From contig CM052834.1 in assembly GCA_028534125.1 (NCBI GenBank), positions 2,480,001 through 2,544,000 of the forward strand: a stretch of 64,000 bases of DNA. Direction: 5' to 3'. Shown here in pieces: positions 34,201 to 46,620 of this stretch. Within the stretch, counting starts at the first letter, position 1. Each line of letters starts with the position of its first letter. The notes beneath the pieces were generated by a model. That model did not search any database. It was not told the DNA's origin and was given only the letters and a program-made list of their open reading frames with translations. Made by a program: the position numbers and the translations under genes. The stretch is from Lama glama (Eukaryota).

Positions 34201-35569
34201 TGGGGGCCGTCTGGCCTCCAAGATTCCTCCCACCGCGGCCTTTTCACCCGCTGTCGTGTGCGTGCCCGGCCAGCAGAGTTGGCCGCTCCACCCCCGCGCC
34301 GCGAGCTCCCTGGGCTTGGGGCTGGCTCTTTGACGGGCTGTGTCAGGCCAGGGTAGCTTCTCCCATCTCCCCGGGAGCATCCTGTGTGACTTGGGTGCAG
34401 CAGCACGGTTATGTGCGCCCCTGCAGGGGCCTGGAAGCCTGTAGGACCTCGCCCCAGCTTATGCAGATGGCACTTTGGTCTGGTTGTGGGGTGCACTCCT
34501 GGGTCTCTCTTTTTGGTACAATTCTTGCAGGACAGGATGCTGAGCCTTGGAAGTGAAGTGGGCACAGGTTTTCCAGCTCCTGGGGTGCCCTGTGTCACCA
34601 AGTGCCTGCTCTCAGCACACACGATCACAAATCCTGGGAAATGCATGTTGTCTCCTCTCAAAATGTTTTCTCTTCCCATTTCCAGCTTCCTTGATAAGCT
34701 TGTTTCTGTTTTTGCTGTGAGCTTTATTTATTTACTTTTAAAAAATATTTATTTATTTACTTTGCAATTCCATCCAATAACTAGAGGATATGAAGCCAGT
34801 TTAAGTGTTTTTCATCAAGAGATGAGAGGAAGTGGGGGTGAGAGCTCGGGGAGCAGGTTTGGGTTGGGTCTTCAGAGCACTGAGAACCGGAAGTTTGTCC
34901 CCTGCCCTGATGGGTTCCCTCTCCCGCCTCCTGCGACGTCAGTCCCTGGAATCTTGAACTAAGAAAATATTCAGAAGGCATGAAATCTGGTGGCTTGGAG
35001 CTTAGCTGAATATCAGTCACATGGGAAGCTAGCCATCCCTACCCTTGGAGGGTGCTTTCGTGGGTCAGGAGTGGAGATTGGGGTTCATTTTGATTGAGGA
35101 TCGCCCAGGTGATGCTGACGCGTCCAGCCCTCCCTGGTCCTGGGATGGGTGTTAGTCCACGTGCTCTCGTGTGGCCCTGCCCTCTCTCCCATCAGGTGAG
35201 ACAGCCGAGCTCCCGCTCCTCCAAGTGGCCGTCCGCAGTGGGTGCTCCCTGCCTCCCAGGGCTGCCCACTGTGTCTAGGGGCGTCTTAGCTGTAAGGTGT
35301 TCTTTCTCCTCGGCCCTGGTCTGTCCCCTGAGCTCCACAGAGAGGTTGTCCTTCCTCCTCTCTGTGTCCGGCCTCCTCATGGGCTGGGAAAACGGGGGCC
35401 CCAAGCTCGCTGGCTGGGCCGGGGGCCACCTCTTCTCCCCAGCTGCACCTGCTGCCTCATCCCCTTTCTGTCTCTTTCAGGCGTTGCCCAGAGGTTGTCT
35501 GCGTGGAGCTCTCCGACTCCCATGGCCATGCTTAATTATTAGTCTTTAATTACTAATAATTAATTTAGC

Positions 35570-36020
35570 AAGCACATGAAGTTATTTTCTTAAGTAGTAC
35601 TGGGTGGGTATAAATGATACGTGTAAGTTATAAAGGACAAGAGAAGGAACCCCACCAACCCCACTGCCCAGCCTAAGGCCAGGCCCTCACCAGCACGTCA
35701 CCTCTAGTCGTCCCCGTGGGCCCCTGGCCTCTCCCCGAGAAGCGGCCCCTTCTGGCTGTGCTTCATCATTCTTTTGCCGTGGTTCTGTGGTGTTCCCACT
35801 CCTCCACACCCCGCAGCAAGGCATCCTGTAGTTGCATTTGCTTTTGAGCCGTATGTGGTGGGGGGGGTGCTGTGTGCAGCTTTCTGCCGCTTGTGTTTCT
35901 TTTACTCAATATTCTGTTCCTGAGATTCATCCTTGTCACGTTTGCGGCTGCAGTTCACTCATTTCCCTGCTTTATAATATTTTGCTGTGCGAGTACAGGC
36001 ACCTGTCCTTCGTTGCCTGT
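35570..36020 (-). mobile_element. Old L1M 3' fragment
   Basis: ttctttttactcaatattctgttcctgagattcatcc...gcagttcactcattt...taatatt. Confidence 0.7.
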
Positions 36021-36574
36021 TTTTGGCCGCCCTGGGCAGAGCGCTGTGGGCGTCTGGGCCGTGTGCGGCTCTCCAGGGCATTTCCCAGGGTGGCACTGCC
36101 GGATGGTGGGGCAAGGGCCCAAGAAGAGCGTGCTCCTGGCCAGGCCAGGGCCGGCGTGCATCCCTCTGACCGGGGTCCTGCCTGGGGAGCAGCCTGGCCT
36201 CTGCGGGCAGTGATGACCGAGCCGAGAGTCAGCCCTGGTCGGAGCCTGCAGCGGCTGCGCTCTGCCGGGAGCAGCGGGGTTGCTTCACAGCAGAGCCGGG
36301 CTGAGTGGAGGGTGAGAGCACCCGTTCTCACAGATCTAATTTACTGTTCCACTTTCCCATCCTGGAGTGAGTGCCTATAAAAAAGATGAACTATTTGGCT
36401 GAGATCGGGGCGGGCAGGAGCAAGGCAAGGCTCTGCACTGGCCGTGGTGTTGAGAAGCTAGTTCGGGGAGCTTCCTTCTGCACCATCCCAGATTTGAGCC
36501 TGGCCGTCCTCCGACGTCTGCCTCACCTCCCATGCTCGGGGTGAGTTTCCATCCCCAGGTGCAAGTCCCTTTCC

Positions 36575-36770
36575 TTCTCTGATTTTCTCGGCCACACTTA
36601 AGGTCTGTGTGGTTGCTGGGACGGGTGCTTCCTGCTTGCTTGGATGGTTCTCTTTCTAGCCCCGTGTGTCTCCTCCACTCAAGCAGACCATCCACCCCTT
36701 GAGGGCAGGGCCTTTGTTTGGATTCTATTGGCCTCTGCAGCCCTGGGCCCAGTTAATTGACTATTTGGCT
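36575..36770 (+). mobile_element. L2 3' end
   Basis: tgtctcctccact...ccttgagggcagggcctttgttt...cctctgcagccctgg. Confidence 0.6.
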
Positions 36771-37304
36771 GGGTCCGCAGTAGCTTCATGCCCCTGCCTG
36801 TGAGCAGGGTGACAGGCTGCTTTGTCCTTCCTGTTCCTTACCGCGTGTCCCCTCCAAAAAGAACATCCCCGGAGCCACATTTCTGGGAGGTTCAGATCTG
36901 TTTCTTACAAAGCTTTTAGCTTCATTGTGCAGGGAAGGAGCAAATTGAGGCCAGGGCTGCGGTCAGAGCAGAAGCACGGGGTGGGCTCTGCCGCTCTCGG
37001 CCTGCGCGCCGGGAGCCACTGCTGACCGCCGAGGCCACTGGGCTGGTGAGGCCTGGAGATGTGCTGTCCTGGCAGGTCTGCAAGAAAGGAAAATGCCGCG
37101 GCGGTCTCCCAGGCTTTCTCGGGCAGCAGGAGATTGCCGATCCGGAGGGCACCGCGCTGAAGCAGTTTAGGGAGAAATACAGTGAGTGAGAGAAGGGCTG
37201 AGTGGGGTGGAGGGTGAGTGGGTGAGTGAAGGACGGGTGAACAACCAGTGGTGTGTCCGGAAAGGGACCTGCCTGGGAGCCCAAGACTTGGGGTCTGCAT
37301 GGAG

Positions 37305-37435
37305 CATTCTCCTTTTTGTGTGACGGTGGGAAAACTGCCTAACGTTTCCTTAGTTCCTGTGTCTGTAAAATGGGGCTGCAGTCTGCACTTCCCCGGGGAT
37401 GTCCAGGAGCGTGGGGGTGCTGTTTGTGAAACTGC
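37305..37435 (+). mobile_element. MIR SINE
   Basis: tgtgtgacggtgggaaa...ccttagttcctgtgtctgtaaaatgggg. Confidence 0.7.
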
Positions 37436-37994
37436 CCGCTCCCTTGAGCTCATGTCTGATGTAACCCGGCTCTCAGGGGGCTGGCAGGACCGGCTGTGAC
37501 GGACCCAGTGGGTTATGATTTGAAAAGCGTCCAGTACTCCTCTCTCCTGCCCCCTGGTGATGGCTGGCTGTTTGCGGATGGAGAAGCTGGTTCCCTGCCA
37601 GTGGGGTCTGCCCTGCAACCAGAGCGTTGAAAACGGTTGCTTTCCCATCAAAATGGAATGTGTGAGGCCTGCTGGGGCCTCTAGCCAGCGATGCCTTCCC
37701 AGTCTGCGCAGGTGGGGAGAGCAGGTGCCAGTGTGACTTGCTTTGAGGGGGTTGGCCTCGCTGCTGCAGCAGCGTTTAATGTGGGGAGACTAGCCTGTCC
37801 TCCCAAATAGAGATGTGCTAAGGCCAGGCCTCACCTCCCAGATCCTGGGGAGCTGCTGAACGCGCTGAGGGGTGCTGTTGTCTGGCCCAGGGTCCCACAT
37901 TGCTTGGTCGTGGTGGCTTGAGGCTTCCCTAGGGTGGAGAGCATACCCTGCTGCCTCTGTCCCTTTAGTGTCCTCTGCTACCCAGGAGGTTTCA

Positions 37995-38345
37995 GGAGTA
38001 GTGCACCCGAAGTCAGAAGACCTGGGCTTCTGTCCCCGTCTGTCTCCTTAGCAGCAGCTGTGTGACTCTGAGCCAGTTGCCTGACGTCTCTGAGCTTCAG
38101 CTCCTTAGTGGTGGAGAGAAATCAGCGACACTTACCTTGAGGGGTTGATGAGATAACGTGATGCTAAGTGTCATCTGTCGAGTGCTTTCTGAGTGTGCAT
38201 GTTCTTCAGACATTATTTCAGCAGCACCCCTGGCAGAGAGGGGGACTGGACCTCCATTTTACAGAGGCGCAGCTGCAGCTCAGTGAGGTGTGGTCACTCG
38301 CCCCGGCTGGTTGCACAGCTGTGGTAGCAGGGCTGGGTGATGCCC
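37995..38345. mobile_element. Tail-to-tail MIR pair (+ about 37995-38165, - about 38170-38345)
   Basis: agtcagaagacctggg...agctgtgtgactctgagccagtt...tctctgagcttcag, then ccattttacagaggcgc...ctcagtgagg...gcacagctg. Confidence 0.7.
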
Positions 38346-39809
38346 AGCGGGTGCCCGCGTTCCTCCCGGCCGCCACGTTGCTCCTCTCAGTAAACAAGAT
38401 GCTATGTGGGGAGTGGCCGGCATGCAGTTGACACAGCCTGTGGAATTTACTGAGAGATTAGCTGGGCTTTCTGGGGACTGGAAAAAATAAGGGTGGGGGT
38501 CGTGAAAAGACTGGTTAACTGGGGTCTGCGCTCCCCTCTTTGTCGGGAGGCCTCTGTGACTGCAGGCCTTGGTGTATTTTTGGTAGCCACCTGATGAATG
38601 TCCTCCGTGCTCAGCGGGAGGCAGAGGTTGGGTGATGGTGCGTGGGACTCAGCTGATTCTGCCAGGTTGTGGAGGCCTGTGGGCCCAAGTCCAGTCATGG
38701 GCAGGCCTTGGGGCGCCCTCTGGGTCCCCCGTGCTGTGGGGGACATCTGAGAACTATTGACTGAGAACCCAGAGGGAGCACCGGCCATCCTGCAGTCACG
38801 GGGCACGCACAGGGGGAACTGGGGAACAGCAGCGAGGCGTGTGAGCCACACTGCGGGAAGGGCTGCTCCCTCAAACATGATGTGGGTGACTCAGCAGGGA
38901 GGGCTTCCTGGAGCAGGCGGCGCTGCTCCTGGAGTGCGGGCGGAGTGTGGCCAGGAGAGTGAAGGGGCATCTTGAGCTGGGGCCAAGGGCTTGTGGTGTC
39001 ATCCCTTCAGCACTCCCCGCCGTTAAGAGTACCCTCGGTGGGCTGCTCTCATGGGAAGCTGATGGCTTGCATGGTCCTGGGCCCCCTCCTAGGGGCTCAC
39101 TGTCAAAGGGGCTGATGCCCCTTGGGTGAAAAGGGACTCAGAGCAGCGTGCGGGGCGGTGAGCAGAAGAGACGGTTTCCCACCCCTTCTCCTCATGCCAG
39201 AGAGAGACCTCAGGTCTGCTTAGCCCCTGCCCCTCCCTCACCAAGGTCACGCGCAGAGCTGCCCTGGCTGAGTCCCCCGAGGCGGGTTCGGCCCCCTCCC
39301 CTCTCTCTGGACCTGGCCTGGCCTGCCCTGCCGGTTGGGTTGGAATCAGAAACCTGGTGGGTCTCTCTGGGACGACGGGCAGTGTCATGGCTGAGGGTGT
39401 CACTCTCTGGACGTCTCCCGTCCTCGGTCGCAGAGAGGGCAGGTGGGCACGCCCCTCCCCTCCTGAAGCCGGAAGTGGGCCTGGCACGCTCCCCTCCAGC
39501 CGGCCGCGTGTCCCTGAGTCAGGGAGGCCAGCTGTCCTTGTCGCGGAGGGTGCTGCTGCCACCATCTGCAGTTCATTCCACTGTATGAATTTTACAAACA
39601 ACCTTTTTCATCATGTTTATGAACCCGGCATATGTGGGCTGCAGGTTGGCGTTCCTGGGATGATGATGGAAGTGCTTGCCTGTAAAGCCAATGGGCTGCA
39701 GAGTCCTTGCCTCACCGGGGGTGCATCCTGTGACCGCCTCTTTCTCCCCACCTCCTGTCCTCTCCACCCCTCATCCCCTCCAGAGGAAGACTAGAATATT
39801 CCCTCGTTT

Positions 39810-39985
39810 GTGCATGCTGCTCACAGTTTGCACAGCACTTTTATCTCTCCTTCTCCTGTAGAGAAGATGCATTATTCTCATTTTACAGGTAAGACAGGGA
39901 GTTGGAGAAGCCGAGGGATCTGCCCAAGGCCAGTGGTCCCAGCAGCTGAGCTGAGCCTTGGACCCTGGTCCTGAGTCTGTGTCCT
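39810..39985 (-). mobile_element. MIR SINE carrying splice-site-like signals
   Basis: attattctcattttacaggtaag...gggatctgcccaaggcca...gagccttggaccctggt. Confidence 0.7.
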
Positions 39986-40824
39986 TTGCTGTTCTCGCCC
40001 TCTGTGCCCCCTCCATCTGGCAGGGGTGACACACCCCTTCCCTGGGCCTCACTCAGCGTCCCCTCCGCCCCACCCGGGACTCGTTGGGCCGAGCAGAGTC
40101 TGCAGCTGCCAGGGGCCGCCTGCTTTGTGCTGAATGTGGTTTGTGGCTTCTGTTTGTTCCCACGGTGCCCTTTGTGAATGTCATTGAGTTATCAGGGCTG
40201 GCTCCTCCCCTGTGCTGGCAGGAAAGCCCAGCTCCAAGTGGTGCTTTTCCCCAGAAAACTGTGTCGGCCCTTCCATGTGTCTCGGAAGAGCCCTGGCTGG
40301 GAGGTGGGGCTCCTGGGTTTAGACCCCAGTGCCAGATGTGTCTTGGGCTGTCTTTGGTGGTGTCCCTCTCTCAGCAGCTGTAGCCGCAGTCAAGCCTGGC
40401 CTCCACCAGGGCCCCAGCCTCCTCCAGGGCCTTGGCCTCCCCCTGGCCGGCAGGCTAGGCTCCCACCCCCAGGCATCTCTCCTGCCCGCTGCTCTGTTCC
40501 ATTAGGACTGAACCCTCCATACCGGGGCTGGAACCCCCTGAGCAGGAGTAGAGCCGATCCATCTCGCTTCCTGCTGCATTTTGAAGCTTAAGGTGCCCCT
40601 GAGGTTTTTTTCTTGTCTCCTGGGGAGGGAAACCCAGGGCCCTGGGGCCCATTCCTCTGCTTTCCCATCGACAGCATTGTAGAAGTGGAGCCCTCTCTTC
40701 CCCTCACCTCTCAGAACGGGGGCTTGGTGTCCTGGCCATTCACTGGCGTCCAGGTGGTCACTGTCGCTCTTGCTGAGTCCCCCAGGGGTGCGGCCTTGCA
40801 CCGAGTGCCTCACTGGCTCTCCTG

Positions 40825-40990
40825 GGGACCCTGTAGGGTCATTACTGTCATCCCACCTTGTAATTCCACAGCACGTGAAACTGAGGCTAAGAGAGGTTAA
40901 GCAACTTCCCCTCGGTCACACAGCTGGTGCACGAGGGTGTAAGGCTTTAAACTTAGGGCCGTCTGGCTTCAAATCTGGTGCTTACGTACC
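40825..40990 (-). mobile_element. MIR SINE
   Basis: gaaactgaggctaagagaggttaagcaacttcccctcggtcacacagctgg. Confidence 0.8.
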
Positions 40991-41149
40991 CCACGCCTGC
41001 CTCCACCGTGCTGTGGTGTTAAATACGAGCCTGGTACTAACTCCTGTGATTTAACTGCATTTGATGTATCATAACAGTAACACTAAGACAGCATGGACGT
41101 CTGAGAGTTGTGGCTTGCCGGCCATCGCGGTAACTAGGTTTGGGTAAGA

Positions 41150-41810
41150 GGAGATATTAGTGATGGATAAACATGAGCGAGAACGCATCACATCACTAGT
41201 GACCGAGGAAACCCGAACTATAACGACGGCGTGCTGTCGGCTAGCCTTTCAGTGTGCACAGATGTTTAAGCCGATGATTGCTGGTATGATGCCGTCCTGT
41301 GACACAGTGCTGGTGGGGAGGGGAGAAGTGTCACAACCTTCACACTAAACAACTTTGCAGAGGGGATCGAGAGCCTTAAAAGCAGCCCTGTCCTCTGACC
41401 GGGGACGGCACTTCTGAGAATCCATCCTGAGAAAATGACCAGAAGTGCCGTCCATTGCGTTAGATGTCAGGGGGCTCAGCGCAGGGCAGTTTGTAACAAA
41501 GGAGAATGAAGAGCAGTTTATGTGTCCTGCATGGCAGGGGCATTAAATAAGGTGTGATATGTCTGTGGGTGAATGAGTTTGGGAAATTACTAAGTGACAT
41601 GGGGGAAAATGTTGGCAGCATGATCTGTGTTACATCCTGCAAAATTTTCTCTTTCTGGGGCACAGTTCTGAGTTTTGACAAACACGGGCATTCACGTAAC
41701 TTCCACCACCATATAATTCTAAGTGGGGAAAAATAATTTACCGCAGCATGTACACAGGAGGTTCCTAAATTTAAAAAGTATGTGCACACATGTGTATGAC
41801 TGCATATGAC
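41150..41810 (+). mobile_element. Old L1M fragment (ORF2 3' part and 3'UTR)
   Basis: cacatcactagt...gagagccttaaaa...cctctgacc...cacttctgagaatccatcctgagaaaat. Confidence 0.65.
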
Positions 41811-44800
41811 AGGGAGGACGTCCTGACAAGGAGAGTTTTGAGCAAGCATTTTCCTCCTGAGCCTGGGTTTCTTCCCCGTAGTGGGGGAGCTGGACGCCGG
41901 GGCCCTGACCTTGCGCCAGTGCTCCCTCCCCAGTCCTGGGCCGCGTGGTGGGTGTGGGCTCTGGCCTGGACAGCCCTGACCTTGTGTGGAGAGGCTGGCC
42001 TTGCGGGTGTGCCCAGTGGGGCGGGGAGGTGGTCAGTGGGGCCAGCCTGGGGCTGTGCTGTGTCACTTGCTCAGGATAGAATGGAATGCTGCTGCTGGCC
42101 GGGCCGTGTCCTGACAGAGCGAGTGCAGAGTCCCATTCCCTGCCCCCTTGTCAGTGTGGTCGCCAGGCAGCTGCTCAGAGTCGGGGCTGCAGCGGGGGGT
42201 GAGGGAGGCTGCACCCCGGGGCAGGAGGGACCCTCCATTCTAGACCCCTGGACCCGGACATGTATGTCTTCCTCTGGGCAGGGAGTAGCCCTGATCCAGC
42301 AGAGATCATTCTGCTGTCCGGCCTCCCTGCACCTCTGGTGTCCTCAGGACAGCTCCGGGGTCTCCCTCTCCAGGTTTCCTGGGTCCCTTGGGAGTGGCAT
42401 TGTTGTTAGCTTTCTTCAGCAGGAGTGCTCTGCAGTGGGCAGGGAGAAGCCAGCAGGAGGAGTCGCACCGCCCCGTCCCCGCAGCCAGGGCCAGGGCAGC
42501 CTAGGAGGGGCTCGGCCGCCTGCCCTTCTCCGGGTCAGGGTGGGGTGGCCGAGGCCCGATGCCCCGGGTGTGCTTGGCCCCAGCTTGCCCCTCTGTACTG
42601 AGCCCCTCCCCGACCTCCAGCAGAGGGCCGTGCGTTCCCAGCCTGGAGTGGGCAGCTCTCGGAGAGGGGATGTGGCCTGCTTGGGCTCTTGCAGTCAGCA
42701 CTGGGCAGAGCCCCGGCGGCCAGGTGTTTCCTCCTCCCTTGCCCACCAGCTCCCAAGGACAGGGACCGTCCCTGCCCTTCTCTGCCCTCAGCACAGGACA
42801 AGCAAGGGGGTCTGCTGGGCTGGCCCACACCCGTGGCCATAGGGCAGGCTGCGGTGGGGGGTGGGGGCAGCTCACCCTGAAGGTGCCTCGGGGGCCTGGG
42901 CCCCAATGACCGTACGTATGATCCCCAAGGACCCTTTGTGCTGGTCCTTTCCTTCCAGATTCCCAGCATTGCTGACCGCTGGGCATTGTGTGTCCCTCCG
43001 TGGTGGCTGCTTCCTGCACCCTGCGTGCATTCCCTGGTGCCACATGAGCCTGTCCCTAGAGGCTGGCAGCTGGACGGGCACGGTGCAGGAGGGTGGAGAG
43101 TCCCTGGGCCGCCTAGCACCGCCTCGAGTCCTCCAGAGAGCACTGGGGCGTGGGTGGTCGGGTACCTTGCGGGAGGGCTCGGTGTGGGCCTTAAAACTCA
43201 GAGTAGAGGAGACTGCCAGTAAACTAGAGGGTGCCTGTCCTAGGGGTGAGCTAGTTTCACCTTCTCCCTCCTGCCTGAGTTGCTGTACAGCCATTGAGTT
43301 TTCTGTGGCTCTGAGCCATGGTGCCCCCATCCCCGCGGCACAGCCTCTGACTGGGGCATCTCCCTGTCCCTGCGACCTCACCGGCCTCACCCACACCCAC
43401 CGCAGCCCAGGAGGCGGGGCTGTTCTTGCCCTCCTTTTGCAGGAGGCAGGCTCAGAGAAGCAGAGGAACCCGCTTGGCTATCGCTGGTCGTACCAGCTCT
43501 GTCTGGCGGAGGCCCGCGCTCCCCGCGGGGCCGCCCTGCTCCCCGCGTCCCCAGATGCTGGCCCTGGGCTGAGGAGATAGGGCCCTCGGCTAAGCTGCTT
43601 AGTGCAGCAGCAGGTCACAGCCAAGACAGCTGGGGCGGGGGGAGGATCCAGGCCCCGGGCCGAGCCTCTGCCACCCTCCTCCACTCCTTCCCCGTGGCTG
43701 CCTTGCCCGGGCTTGGCTGAGGAGGGCCACGAAGGCCCCAGTGATTTCCTGTCTTGCCTGATACAGGCTCTAAGGCCCCGTGGCCTCTGATGGGCACAGG
43801 GCAGCAGGAGGTGACTGAGCTCAAGGCCACTGCCTCTAGGAATCCTTCTCTGATTGAACTACTCTCACCGGCCCCACTGGCCCTCTGGTTTTGCACTCCT
43901 GGGAGCCACAGCCTTACTGGCCAGGCCTTTCTGGTCAAGTGTAAGCACTCTGACCTCCATTGGCCGTGCCTGGGCCCTGGGGCAAGGCTGTGCCCTCTTG
44001 GTTGGCCTGCTGGGCACCACTGGGGGGAAGCCTTGGCAGCAGGGCCTGTTCCGGGGGCTTCACCCACGTGATGGGGCTTGAGTGCTGTGCTTTCTGACTC
44101 TAGTAGTCTGCTTGGAGACAGGGGGAGGTCTTTGCCTGTGCTCAACTTACTTGGCCCAAACTCTTGCCCCTCTCCATGAGACGGTCAGCCAGGGTCTCTG
44201 ATCCCCACAGAGGAGCCGCTACAGGCAGGTCTCAGCCTCACCGGGATGAGCCCTCCTTTCCTGAAGACAGCTTTCCTTTTTCTCCCTGAACCTTCAGAGC
44301 CCCTCAGCCCTCCCCACAAAGTCTGTGGCTTCCTTGAGAGTCAGGATGGGGTGAAGCCCCACCTACTGCCCCTCTGCCTCTACTGGGGAGGAGGCCCAGC
44401 CCCAATTCTCTGCCAGCCACAGCCTGGAGCCGGGTCCCAGTCCACCCAGTCCCCAGATGGCATGCGGTACCAAGATGGGGCTGGAGAGGCTGCAGCAGTG
44501 GGAGCTGGGGCTTCCAGGAGCGCCTGGCGATGTCCACTTTGGGAGACCGCCCTCTGTGTCACCCCAGCCCTGCTAGTCCCCCTGCTGCAGGCAGACAACA
44601 TCGGTGGCAGCAGGTCCTGCCAGATGGTGAGCCCCCAGCCACTCCCCTAAAGGGGACCAACCATCTGGTGGATGGTGTCTTTAGTCATGGGTGTGAGCGC
44701 TTGAGTGATGGAAGAGAATGGGGTAGTAGAGCCAAATCAGAGAAGGGAGGGCATGCCCCACTCCAGCCAGGCTCCGGACCCCTCCCTTTGAGTGCCTGGG

Positions 44801-46299
44801 CTCTTCTCCCTCCTCTTCCTGAGGTCAGTCAACCCAGCTTTGTCTCTCAGTGCCTAGCACCACGATCCTGGAGCACCAGGGACCCATTTCTGCCAAGCCT
44901 TCCCTTCCTAGGCCTTAGCTTCCCAACTGCACAGGCGTCCAGTCTTTCCAGGCTTCTGGGGAAGACAGGTCTGTGTGCTGCAGCCCAGCTCGTGTGGGGG
45001 CCGTGTTCCGGGGATAGAGGGAGAACAGACCTCCCCAAGCCCCAGGCACCATCCATGCCTGCCTCCCGCCCCTGGCAGATGCTGCTCCTCTGCTTCACAC
45101 TGGCAGCACCTGGTTCTGGAACTCGGCACCGCTCTGATCGGACCGTCCTGGGGCGGCCGAGCCAGCGAGCAGAGGCCTGGACCAAGGCACGTTGCTTGCA
45201 CCTGCCAGCCGGTGGGACAGCCCAGGGAGGTGCCAGTCCCATTTCTGGTTCTTGGGCCACTGCCAAAGGGAGGTGCCCTGGAGCACAGGCAGGACAGACG
45301 GACATCCTCGAAACCGCTCCTGGGCACGCATCCTGAAAATGGGAAGGAAAAGTTGACTTTTGCCAAGAGAGAGAAACACTTTTCAGTTTTCTTTCTCTCA
45401 GACCTCTCCTGAATGTTCCTAAGCAACGAAGCAGGTTGAGTGGAAGCCCGGCTGTGTTGGAGGGGAGAGGAGTGGGGGGTGCAGGTGACCATGGACCACC
45501 TGTGACCAGGAAGGGAGGGCTGCCTGTTCCTTGTCCTCTGCACTTTGCTTCCTTGCAGTGTGTTGGTGGAGCCTGAGATCCTGAAACAGTTGAGAGGGTG
45601 ATGGAGGTCCCGGATGCTTCTCCCAGCCCCCAGACATCCCTTGCTGAGGGCACCCAGGTGCAGCGGGTGGGGCTGTGAGCACAGCTGGCACAGGGTGGGT
45701 TCTGTGTGCGCCTTTGTGGTGGGTGGCGGTGCTGCAGCATTGTGTGGGGACATCCCTGCTGGGCGGACCGAGGCAGCCTCCTCAAAGCCTGGGGAGGACT
45801 GGGGCTGCCCTCCCGGCCCTGACACCCACTCCTCGCGGCTTCAGTGCCCCCGCCAGGCCCCTGGAGGCGGGGCTGAGCTGCTTCCGGCTGAAGGGCTTGA
45901 GCCCCGTTCACCCTGAGGGTGTGCCCTGCAGTGGAGAGGGGCAGAGGCAGATGGACGTCTAGCAAAATCTCCCACTTGCAAAGTCTGGGATTCCAAGTCC
46001 ATGCCCTTCTCGGCACTGCGGAACAGTAGCCCAATTGCTCCAAACCCATGTGATCGCCGTCTGGGCGCCTGCGTCCTTCTGGACCTCGGCCCTCCAGTCC
46101 TGGGCCTAATAATGGCCTTGTTTGGACAAGGCAAAGCAAAGCCCTGTTGGTGGCCGTTGCAGACAGCCCTGGCGTCTCCCCCAGGCCCACTCGCTGAGTG
46201 CTGCCCGGTTGTGCTGGCTGCTGGCCGCTCACAGAGGTAGCCCTGGGGCTGGCGGGGAGCGTGGCTCTGCTCCAGAGGGCGCAGTGAGCACTCCGTGGA

Positions 46300-46620
46300 C
46301 AGCGGAGTCCTGGGCGAGGTGGGGGCAGCCTCGGGAGAGTGTCTGCGGTGTGTTTATGGCTCGTTGGGTGATGGGTGGTCTGGAAAGAGTGCAGTCCAAG
46401 GTGGATGGAAGGAAGGAGTGGGTGGGGAGTTTGTCCTGGGCAGAGAGGAGTGTCTTACGTGCTGGGCTCCTGGAAGGTGCTTGGGAAACGTGCTATGTTG
46501 AAGCTGTGAAGTTGTTGGGAAAGCATCTGGGGCAGCACATAAGCCTCTCCGAGGCCTGGCCAGGAGCGATGACAGTTACAGTGGAAGTGATTTGACAAAA
46601 GCCTGTGAAACTGACCAAGG
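46300..46620 (-). mobile_element. L2 internal fragment
   Basis: Purine-rich antisense L2 pattern (ggggagtttgtcctggg...atgttgaagctgtgaag...catctggg). Confidence 0.45.

Noticed and set aside
41790-42842. 350-aa plus-strand ORF
   Set aside because: Begins in an L1 remnant and has no domain similarity or exon-like splice boundaries.
44847-46232. Longest ORF (461 aa, minus strand)
   Set aside because: No recognisable domain, low-complexity GC-driven composition, overlapped by other long ORFs on both strands, and no promoter, polyA or retrocopy hallmarks.
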